This document shows positions 50,729 through 62,700 of a stretch of DNA of 64,000 bases, one piece after another. The notes beneath the pieces were generated by a model. That model was not told the DNA's origin, made no database searches, and worked only from the letters and a program-made list of their open reading frames with translations. The stretch covers positions 9,096,300 to 9,160,299 of the forward strand of contig CAJINV010000004.1 in the NCBI GenBank assembly GCA_905178155.1, written 5' to 3'. Origin of the DNA: Amoebophrya sp. A120 (Eukaryota > Protista > Dinoflagellata). Numbering within the stretch: the first letter of the stretch is position 1; the number at the start of each line of letters is the position of its first letter. A program made the translations under genes and the position numbers.

Positions 50729-53700
50729 ATGCAGGCCGACCACACGACTACCCGTCGTATCGCGCCGGCGACCAGGCCGCCATCAAATTCCACCGCAGCG
50801 GGAGGTGGAAGTAGAGTGTATTCGCGGCACCCGGGCTTGCGATTGGTGACGTCGAAATCTTCCTCAACAGACGATCAAAATCATTCCAAAGACAGCAGCA
50901 CGGTTGCCTCTGGCTCTGGCACGGAGCGTGAACCACGACGAGATAAAAACAGGACCACCTGCTCCGGCACAATGGAAAGCCACGAAACAGCGACAGTTCC
51001 GTTAGAGGATGCTTTTTCTAGTTTTCTCTCTTCGCATATGGAAGCGTCAGGTTTGAAATCGACAAAGTTGAAATGATTTGTGATGCATAAAACGGATGCC
51101 AGTTGTAACACAGCTTCCAAGTGGCACATGACAAATTTGGGTGAAACCGGAAACCAGTTTGTCTTGCTGTTTGGGTAAGGACGACGCCTTTGTCATGCTA
51201 CGATAGCAGCTCTATCGCAGACCGCAAACAGGCTGACAGTCGGCCTCACTTGCCACCCCTGCAACAGAGGCACTTCATGCCAGGCAATTTATGCATGACA
51301 AATCATTTCAACTTTGACGATTTCAGTCCTGACACATCCATATCGCAAAGGAGGAGAAGGATGCATGGACATCAGCTCGAGCCGGTTTCGGAAGACGAGC
51401 CGGTGAAGTTTCTATGCTCTGCAACTATTCGTACTAATTCTAATTGCAATCATGCATGACAAATGTTGTTTCTTAGGCAAATCAGCATTACAAACTCCAG
51501 TTTTCCTTCTGAAAAAACTTGTATTGCAATTCATACTAGTACGATACTTTTGCAATGCATAATTTCTGACTGACGACAATGACCACAAGAACTCCGTCTT
51601 CCAGCAAGACCATAGTGCTCAACATCTCGCAAGCAGCAGTGCGTTCGGCTTTGGCAAAAACAACAGCAAGCAGAGCAGCCGGGGGTTCAATTCTTCTTCG
51701 CGAACCAGTTCTCGGAATTCTTCGAAGATCAACACCAATAGCAGGTATGATCCCTCCGCGCACAGCAGCAGCGACGAACAGTCGCTGGCCTCTTCTGGTG
51801 CGTATTACAGTACTCGGGCGGAGCACCAAGTGGCAACCACTTCCGCGTCGCAGTCGGAGAGTGAAGGGGGAGGCTTCAATTATATTCGAGGGGCCGCGTC
51901 AGGAGGTGTTCTGGCTGCGGGAAGCAGGAGGCCGGGAGCCTCTGCTAGTACTTCCGACGTGACTACAATGTCAACTACCTTCTCTGCGTTGCGACCCATG
52001 TTGCAGACTGTGAGCAAACAGTTGGAGGGATCATCTGCTGGTGGTATAAATGTTGAAGAAGCAGAAGCAGGTGGGATGAACAAAGATAAGCAAGAGGCAG
52101 CACCAGCACACCTTTTCCAGCCGCAGCCCGAGCCGGCACCTATGGTGATTAAGGATAGGGTGTTTCAATTCCTGTCCTCGAAGACGACCGGTGGAGGATT
52201 CGCAAAAATTTTTGACGACGATTACATGACGGATAGGAACACGAACGGACGAGAACCACAAGCGGCGGCCACGAACAAGCATACAACCCGATTTATCGAG
52301 CAGACTTCAGGGGCTAGTGGTAGGGACCACGCAGCTGCATCTTCAATAAAGATGAACGACCGCGCAGACAAGAGTTCGCCAACCAAGCAAGAGAACAAGC
52401 AGCACGGCAGGCTGGACGTCGGTCTACTCGCGAAGATGGCAGAGGTGGTGAGTAGCAGCGAAGAGCAGGGTGATGATGTGGTGGTCAACAAGCGAATGGG
52501 TGCATCAACAAGTAGAAGTACTAGATCAACATCGTCATCTACAAGGCCAAGAGGTCTGTCATCTTCGCAACAGCGCCCTGCAAGGGCCGAAGGTTCCTTT
52601 TCCGCGACATCTTCAGCCCACCTCCGCGGGCCGCGTGAAGATCCTGACCCGAAGCTGGTAAAAGAGATTTGGTTCGAGAACAAACCGCGCACGCCTTCAC
52701 CGAGAAGACAGTCGGAAATAACCGGAAGAACGGACAGGCGCCAGCAGCTACCGAATATTGAAGATCACCACGACCTGCTGGGGGACTGGCAGCTCTGGGA
52801 CCATCTATCGTCCAACCCGCGTTACCGAAGGAAATCGCTTGCAGCTTCCGGGGAAAAGGACGAGGACACGGCATTCTTGGAAGATCGTCGTCGGCGTCTA
52901 CAACTTCAGGGCGAAAATAACAATGGCCGCGAAGGAGCGACAGCGTCGCAAAGTCAATCTAGGGACGAGATAAATAAAACCAGGACGAACGGATCGGGAG
53001 ATGAAGGCGGAGCTTCTGTTACGGCATCATCTCCAGAAGATGCCAAGGAGCAGTTCCGGCAGCTCGTGCGCAATGCGGTCCGCAACCCTCTGGGCCGTGC
53101 GGTGAGCGAACGGCTAGGGATCGAGCAGGAGTTCTACGCGGACATAATGTTGGACAGCAGCAGGCAGAGTGCGTCGATGCAACTCGATTCGTCGCACACA
53201 CATTTTTCTGCTCGAGGAGCTTTATCCGGAACAAGAACATCTGGCGCACCCAACTCCCACTGGAAAATTCGCAACGTAGTGCAGCTACGGGAAAGGAAAA
53301 AGTCGCTCTTTCCTCATGTTGACATTACGAGAAGTAGTCCGAAAAATAAACTCCGGAGCCAGCAAGGTGGACCACATCTTCAAGGGACGCACAGTGCAGC
53401 GACAAGTCGCGAAGAAGGAGAACAACCGAAACATCATGACCAGCTGCACCATCAAGTACTAGATGCCTCTCGTCAAGATGAACCTCAAAGTAGAACTCAA
53501 CATCAGTCGCATAGTAATATGAATTCTACTAAAACCGTGCAAGCGGACTGCGGCGGCACGGAGAACGAAGGGGGCACTGGGTCGTCCGGGGAAACGGAGC
53601 TGACCTGCGGCGCCACCGGCTCGGTGTCCGCCCGGGGAGAGGAACAGTTGTTGCCAGCAGCAGACACTGCAACTGCAGTGCCTAACCCGACGACAGCGAA

Positions 53701-56700
53701 TGAAGACAGCTGGTCGCCGCCGTTGCGAGGCATACCAGAGGGCCAGGACGAGAACAACAACAGCTCGTCGCTGGTGTTGGAGTCGCCCGGGTTCCCTGGT
53801 GGGCGAAGAGAACCGCAACAGGGGGAACAACTCCATCAAGGAGCTTTCTCCAGTTCTTCTTCTTCTTCCCAGCAAGGTGGCGCAGAAGATGTGCCAGCCC
53901 TGCACGGTAATTCTACAGCCACGGCCACAACCAGTAAAAATCCAACCGGAGAAGTTCTTCCTCTTGTTGACCAAGAAAACAACTATTCTGACCGCGCCAG
54001 TAACGTTTCGAAGAATACGGAGTTTTACCGCATAAACGCGGAAGATTCTCCCGGTACCAGTGAGGACGCGAGTATGCACAGCGACGAGTTTTTCCCCGCG
54101 AGCTTCTCCGCGGTAGAGTGTTTGGAGGACGCGCCGGTGGAATTGATGGAGCTGCGGTTGGCGGACGTTGCAGAGGACGAAGATCAAGAGGCTGCGCTTG
54201 CGCCGGAGGTTCTGTATGGAGAGGATAACGATAAAGCACCAGGCAACTCCTCGAGTTTCGCAGTCGCAATAGGAAATAAACAGCAAATTTTTCCAGGCAG
54301 TTCTCGAGAAGCTGAACCACCTCCGGGGCAGGACTACGTTGATATTTCAACCTTGAACTGCGTCCCTTTTTCCTTCAACAAACACAATCTGTTAGAAGAA
54401 ACGGTGCGGTTCGGCGGGAGGGAAGTGCTAAAATTATCAAAAGGAAAAATCCCCCCACCCCATATCGACATGGAAATCTGTGATGCCGGATTTGTGTACA
54501 CAAATCGGCTTTGCATTGTAGGAAGGCATCGCGGCCAGATCCCCAGGCTATGCAGGGGCGTATCGGTCTAGTTGTTCAGCATGGCAAACGGCTCCGCATT
54601 AGGCCCAACAGCATGACAAAGCGCCTCCATAATGGGGGCGAAGCTTTTGCCCTTGTCCTCTTGCAAGACAGACGTGATTTGTGACCTCAAATCAGCAACA
54701 CAAATTTTCGGAAACATGCCTTCTCGATATGGGGAGGGGGGATTTTTCCTCACAATAAAAATACCCGGAAGATTTTCCGACGATGACCAACGTCACCGAG
54801 TTATCCTGAGTAAAAACGTACCCACACCAGAGTCAGGATGGGGATTTTGCAACACAAACCTAGGAGTTTTGTGAGTCACGCATGACAAGTTGCACTCTGC
54901 AGTGTAGTGCAGGTTAGCAAGTGCAGCCGCATCACAGATTCATCTGCTCATCCTGTTCACAGCATCACAAATTCCAGCCCACGATTGGAAATGGCTTTCA
55001 TGGGGATGCGCGTTGCAAGTCTTTCTGTCTTTGCAAATCTGCATTACAACTCTGGCGTGGGTACGTTTTTACTCAGGATACGAGTGCCAGGTCTGGCTGG
55101 AAAAGTACCTGACCCCGGACGCGATAAATTTTGAAGATCCATGCTTTGGAAGCTTGCTGATGCAGGTGTTCGCGCTGTACCGAGTATTTCTGCACAGTGT
55201 GGAGGTGAGGTGTACTAGTAATAGAGATACAGTTGGATTTGGAAAACTGAACAACGGACGATCAGTTTCTGCAGAATCGGCACCTGCCTTCACTAGTGGT
55301 TGTACAACCAGCAGCGTCAACTACAACGATCCAATTTTCCTTTCCGCAGCGCGACGAATCGAAAGGGGATTTCAGTGCACTCTGCTCGCTATGCATTGCA
55401 AAAGTATCGTACTAGAATAAATCGCATCACAAATCTTGGCAAGAAGAAAAGTGGAATTTGTAATGCTGTTTTACCTTAGGAAGGAGATTTGTCATGCATA
55501 TTTGCAATTAGTACGACTACGATACTTTTGCCCAGGATACTCGCGCTCCTGTCCGAGACAAGGTTGAAGCAGGGGATAAATGCGAGGGATTGTCATGGTA
55601 GGAACTTTATCAAATGCAAAAGTGTCTGGGTCTGGAAGAATGCAACTTGTGATGCTGCATTTGGATTCCAAAAAAATCTGTATTGCAGGAGTACCAAAGG
55701 AAATGCAATTGTTGCTACGCTGAGAAGGCATTTGTCATGCGGAATACGCATCAAGAAGCCCTCAAAAAATCTGTATTGCTAGGGTATGCATCACAGACAT
55801 CATGGCTCATGCACGACGTGCATGACAAGTGTCAGAATCTTCCAGACCCAGACACTTTTACAGTTGATAAACTTGTTGCACTACATGCTGGACGACGAGT
55901 TCTTCGCTCCGGCAGAGGGTATGATTTCTCATCAAAAGGAAGCCGGTTCTAGTGCTGCTGTACCCGCCGATCGTGCTTTTTCAACATCGCAAGGCGAGTA
56001 CCAGCTTCAACAACTCGTGCCAGTAATGAGGAACAGCAGTGTGGACATCGATTCCAGCAGCACCACAGGAATTCTGCTTGATCCCACTGCTCCGACCACC
56101 TCCACTGCAGCCGCCCATCTACTTCTTCTCGCCCAGCAACTACAGAAAAACTTCCTGCAATTCGTCCGCGAGGAGGCGCTGCCCCGGGTGTTGCAACATG
56201 CAAGCCTGACCTCGAAATTCCTCAACAACCCCGAGGCGACCGTGTGGGGCGCGCCGTTTGCCGCGTGCATCTTGTCAAACAGCTTCCTGGACTTTTCCGA
56301 CGTAATTCGGACGCACGAACTTTTCGACCCGGCTGCAAACTTCAACGAACCAATTGGCCCGGCACGGGACCGGGCGCCGTTACTGTCCCGGCTGCTGCGG
56401 CTGGTGTTGCTGAAATGCAGCCGTGAGGTGGATAATTTTTCCTGCTCAGGTAGAAGTTGTTTATCGCAGCCTTTACTGGGTTCTCTTCTCTCTACTGCGG
56501 AAAGTAGGAACGCAAAAGCTTTTGCGACTCCTGTTGCTGGGGACCAGCAGTTCGCAACGGTCGTAACCGAAAACAAAAAGGAGCAGGTGATCGCAACGTA
56601 TCTTCCCTTGATCATCCGCATCCTGGACCACCGAACGTTTACGGACGGAATCAATTGGATCACGACCGGGGGTGTGGACTGGTGCGAAACGCCTCTGCTG

Positions 56701-59700
56701 TTGGCGATCGAGTTGGAATCGCTGGAGTTGACGGAAAGAATTCTGTATGAACTGCAATAGTATCGTACTCGTATAAATGCATTACAAGTTTCGATTTCCT
56801 CAGCATGAGAAACAAAATTTGTAATGCAGATTTGCCTTGGGAACAAGATTTGTAATGCAAGACTTGCATTTATACGAGTGCGATACTTTTGCACAGGATA
56901 TCCTGCTCCACCCGAGTTTCGACTGCGAGAAAAATCTGATAATTCCCGCCAGGGAGCGGTTTGTGGACTACGCACCGGTGGCGACGAGGACGTCGAGTGC
57001 AACTAGACCAGCGTTGTTCTTCGGCGCGTTTTCTACTTTATCCGCGACTAGACTCGATCTGAACCCGGTGAGTCGTCTCCTCGAGAAGCTCTCAGTCTGT
57101 AATCAGAGCTCTGCCTCTGTTCACCTAGCAGCACCGCATGATTTTCCTCCAACGGAGATGCAGCACCGCACGCGTGTCCTGGCGGAGATTTTGGAGTTGA
57201 TTCTAGATGCCTCCGGCTACGAAATGTTCCGGCTCGCGAAGATGGAGCGGGCGGAAGTATCTTCAGGTGCAAATAGAAATCAGATGCTCAACATCAACTA
57301 CATATGCAGTGCGAAAGTATCGTACTCGTATTAATGCAATAGCAATACAAATTTCCTTAGCATGAGAAATAAAATTTGTAATGCGGATTCACCTTTAAGA
57401 AAAAAATTTGTAATGCATGATTGCAATACGAGTACGATACTTTTGCACAGGATGCTACAAGACAGACAACCAATTCACTCCTGACGACCAGCATCAGGCG
57501 CTGCTGTCCACCTCCCCGAGGACATCACCACACTTCGCCTGGTACGACCGTCGGGTTTTGGCGATGAACATGTCAGCGCTGCGCCTCGCGACGCTGTGCG
57601 AGCGATACGAGCAAAGGCGGAAATTCGTGAAGTACTACAGCAGCACAATATACCACGAGAATGAACTTGACGAACAAAGGTCGTCAAACCTCGCGCCTGG
57701 TATGAGTAACGACACATCCAACCGGAAATCCAAATCCGTAGTTCCGGACATGAAGGCGATTATGGGCGGGCAGATCCAGTCCACGGAAGTTTTCGCAAGC
57801 AAAATTTTTCACAACGTCCGCAAAACGCACCCGAAAAACAAGGAGAAGGACCTCTTCCGCGAGGCCGTTCTGGAAGCGTTGGAGTACCGAGCGGCGACCC
57901 TGAAACGGAGGGCGCGGCCGAGGGTTTTGCGGCTGGAGATGAAGCAGGAAAGTTTGAAAATTTTGGGGAAGGATGAAACGGCTTCTGCTTTGAAACCGGC
58001 AGAGAAATTGAAGTTGGACATTTATCCACAGGGACGTCGAGACCACGTCAGGAATAATTCGGAAGTCTTCAAGAACAAAATAAGCAAGGATTTCGATGCA
58101 GGTGCTGGGAAAATTATCAAAATGAAAATCAACAAGCGGAACAAGCGAGGGCGGAAACCCCAACGGGACGAGGGAAGCGAAGTAGATGGCAACATCATGC
58201 TAGAAGAAGTTGATATCCTCGAGGGCGGGTATGAGGACGAAGTCCGAGATGCTACGGAGCACGCCGGGGATAAGAAGATGGAAGGAACAAACACATCACT
58301 GAATGAAAAATCCGCAGACGACTACTATCTCCAAAACGAAATCATCGAAAACCTGAAAAGCAGCGATATCGTCGACGTAGCAGGAGCTACGAATGAAGAT
58401 AATTATCTCCTGCAAACGAAAAAGGCAAAGAAGAAGCTGGCCCGAAAGCGCAACAAGGCCGACCACTGGCGGAGTTTGAACGACAGCAAGACGAGTCAGC
58501 TGACCACGCAGGAGTCCACCTCCGAGCTTGGTTCTTTTTCAATACAGGTGGAAGAGAGCCCGAGGCGGCGGGCAGAGGATTTGCTGAACCGGTACCGCCA
58601 GGAGGTACTTGGGGAGCAGGCAGAGGTACTGCGGGCAAGTAGACCAGAGAAGGAACACATCGTAGTCCCAGAGGTATCGTCGGAGGGGGAACAAATTGTG
58701 GAACGGGAACGGGAGAATCGTGAAGATGCTGAGCAGCACGACTATTCCTCCCTGAACGTCACGGATCAGGAGTCCATCGGCCCTTCAGCCTCCTTTGACG
58801 GGGGAGACGACTTCCGCGAGCAGGTGGAACACGTAGGGGCAGCAGTACTAGCGCAGCAAATTAATAATACGGCTGGAGGTGCCACCACCTCAGCCACGAC
58901 TACAGACCACCAGCCAGCATCGTCGTCGTCGTCGATCATCCTGAATATTGATCCGAAGGATGTGAGTGCGATACTCGCGGATGGCGAGGACGGTGAGGAA
59001 AACAAAACCAAAACCACTGCGATAGTTAAATCGCCAACCCGCGGTATGGACAAACTCTTCGGGTGTTTCTCTCGGTTGGTCTGCCTCGGGCAAGCGCGAC
59101 CAAACCCACTGAAGGAATTGCTGGCGCAGGTAGAGGGGAGAGAAATAAATGGTGTTTCTTCATCTGCGAACAAGAACGACAAAGACTCATTGTCACAGCG
59201 GCGATCCGCCAGCGCAGACATTAGCGCAAGAAGAGATCGTCTGCGAGAAGATGAACAAGAACGAGAAGATGCAGGAGCAATAAACAATTCGTCTGCAAAA
59301 AGGCGCAGCAAGAGCAGCAAGCCGTGGCTCGAACAAGGCAGTAGAGCGGAACAAACAACAGCATCTTCATCTTCAAATCGCGGTAGAGCCCATGACCGGA
59401 GCAGAGACTACTACAAGCGGATCGATGGGTCTGCGAAGCCGGTCAGCTTCACCACCAATCTGGACGACAATTTTTCCACCAACTCCGACGGCGCGGGAGA
59501 CGAGGACAGTGCGCTCGAAGAACTGGATCGGCTGGCGCTAGCCGAAGCGCTTGAGGAAAACTACAAGGCGCCTTCTGGAAGATCAGATGTACTGGATAAT
59601 AATTCACGACGTCAAGAGAGGTACGATCGCAAGAACCTACTCATCCTGCAAAACACACTGTTAGTACCTTCACAGGATAAATCACGCGGAACATCATCAA

Positions 59701-62700
59701 GCAATATTAAACCCAGCAGTAGGAGAACCAGCAAGAATCAGCAAAAGCGCGCGTCGCGGGCGGGGTCTTTGGAAACCAGTGTGATTGAAGAGGACCAGGA
59801 GTTCTATCCGCCAGAAGATTACGACGAGGATCTTCAACTGCATTTTCATCCGATGTCCTCAAATAAAACTGTCGGCTCATCTTCAAAAAGCGGCCACGAG
59901 GATCATCATCTTGAAAGCAGCTACAAGGTTAATATCAACAAATCCCGGGGGTCGTACTCGTACACTACTAGCGGCACAAATTTCGGTCGGGTGATGCAGA
60001 AGAAAATGCTCCAGGCGGAGACAGACGACGAGACGAGCGAGATTTCTCGCATGCTGAACTACACAACGGAGGAAGACACGTCGACAGTGTTAGACGGGGA
60101 AGAGTTCTTCTCTCACCAGAATCTAACGGATGAGCAAGAAACCGACAACAACAAGGACACCACGATAGAAGGACTTAGTGCCACAACTGCAGGACCTCCG
60201 AGAGCGAGCGCGGCGGAGGCTGTCGGGTCATCATCGACTTCAAAGGAGGGCCGTGAGGACGGGCAGGAGAGAATCTCCGGCACCGCAGCTGGCTGTGTAG
60301 GGCGGGCAGGCAACAACTATCACGAGCAAGCGGGGGGGTCCTCGTCTAGCACGGCGAAGACGAGACCCGGCGCCTTTTCTACAAGTACAACAAGGAGACC
60401 TGTTCTCGACAACAAGAAACGGGGGCTGACCAGTGAAGAGACATCGCTCTTGAAAGAAATCACCAGTGGATGGGAAAACATAACAAGCGACAGGAACAAA
60501 GAAGAGACCACAAAGCAAGTGGATCTTCTCCTGCAAAGCTACCCAAACGACCTGCTCGTTCTGCAAGATTCCCGCGGGACTGAGATCGTCAGGGTCGCCA
60601 GCCACCATTTGGAGGGCGACATCAGCCTGCAGAACTGCGACTTGCACGGTGCTGTGAATCAATTGAAAAGCCAGCAAAGCTTCCTTCCAAGAAACCAACT
60701 CCTCGTAGCACCGAATCTGGTGGTCGACAGCAACAGGAACATGACGGCGCTGTCGTCGACGAGGAACAGATCTGCTGCATCCTGCTCCGAGATGAACCAA
60801 ACCTCCTCCACTATGCGAGGAAACAATTTTGTCACGGTTTACCTCCTTCGGCCGGAGCACGGGGTGAGACTGCGGTACGACCTGGACGAGGGAATTCTCG
60901 GGGCAAGAGACATCAACTTGTCGGAGGAAATATGCATTCGCAAAAGTATTCGTACGACGTATAAATCGCGTGACAAATTTTCTCAACAAGAAAACTGGAA
61001 TTTGTCATTCCGATCGAGGTAAGAAACACAAACAGGATTTGCAATGCGTAGCTGCAATATTTTTTTTCTACGAGTGCGATACTTTTGCAGTGCATAGGAA
61101 GTTTCCGCAAAGGAACTGTTCCAGAAAGGGATGAAAATCTACGACTTCCTATCGTATATAGAAACGTCCCCATCCAAGAGTTTTCAAATCTGTGATGCTA
61201 GAAACAGCATGATATGCTAGATCTGTGATGCTGCTGAACTAGCTCAACAGGGTTACACTACAAGGACAAGGCTGTCATGCGAAACAACCATAGCTGGTTG
61301 ATTTGTCTAGCAGATTTTCCAACTTGATTCTGGTGTGGGGACGTTTTTACACAGGACACTTCGGACATTTCGAAGAGATCTCGTCTTGTTCCGCGGCGCA
61401 GGCGGGGGCTGGCGGGATGATAAACGATGATGCGGCACCAGCCCGACTGGAGGTAGGTCATCATACCCTGAGCGGAGGAGGAGGTCCTCCTGTCTTGTCT
61501 TCCAGTAGTGGAGATCTTCATGCGGCCTCCACAAGTGGAAGTGGCGGTGCAAACGTGACGGACGGGGCAAGCGCAAGAACTACATCCTCTACCACTTCCG
61601 CGACGTCTTTGACCCCAGTGGTCGAACCTCTCGCCCTGTTGGAAAAAAACCTGCAGGAACGGTGGCGGGCGGGGACAACAATATCAAGCAGTTCGAGTTG
61701 TAGACCTTTGTGGATCCGGTTTCAGGTCCAGCCGGTGCGGAAGGTATTGACGCTTGCGAAGAAAATATGCAAGAAAAAAACTATGTGGGTGTAAGTCTGT
61801 GATGCAGAAATAAATGCAAAACTGTTACACTTGTCATGCTGGATCCGCGTCATAGGCTACGTTCAGTACGTGTTTCCACGTACTAGCTGCGCATGACAGA
61901 TTTTCCCTGTAATGCAAAACGAATTTGTGATGCTGCTCTTCCTTACAAAGTTACACTAGCACAGTTTTTTTCTTGGATAGAAAGCGGACAAATTCCCGTT
62001 TTCCTACCTCCACCGCAATGACCCGTCGCAGTTTGAGGAGAGCATGAGCAGTGCTGCATCTAGTAGTAGAGTTGCGTTTAACAGTTCTCATGGGGAACAA
62101 GAAGTACAAATAGACAGAGACACCAGAGAACGCGAGCTGTTACAGTTGCAAGCGTTGCACGGAAACCGTGTTTTTTCTGCGTCCGTTGAACAGCAGCAGC
62201 TACGGGCAAGAAATAGTAACGATGAAAAGAAAGAGAATATTAAAGACGGCAGCAATCCGAATCCGCAGATGAACAACATTCGCCCGGGGGACCGTATCGA
62301 GGCGTTTACCATGCCGGATGGAAAAAGGTACCGGTTCGACAGTGGCGAGTACGCGCACCGACAGATTCTCGAGCGGATTCGACCGTTGGAGGTGGAGTTT
62401 GTGGAGGAGTTTGGGGACCAGTTTTCGTTTTTGCAAAGTGTGCAGAAATTCGTTTCTTCCGGTTCCTCAAAACAGAAATTCGTTGCGTCCTCCAACGGCA
62501 GTTGTCGTGGTTTCTTTCACGTCGCGCCCATCTGGAACCCGTTTGCGGCGCCGAAACCAGCAGGAGGAGTTGTAGATGACCTCGTAAGAACTACCGGCAG
62601 CGAAGCAAAGGAACATCTTCAAAACGACCAAGACGGGTCGGCGTTCATCTCTGTTGAGACCCAAATCAGCAAACTCCGCTCCGAATTCAATATCCGCTTG

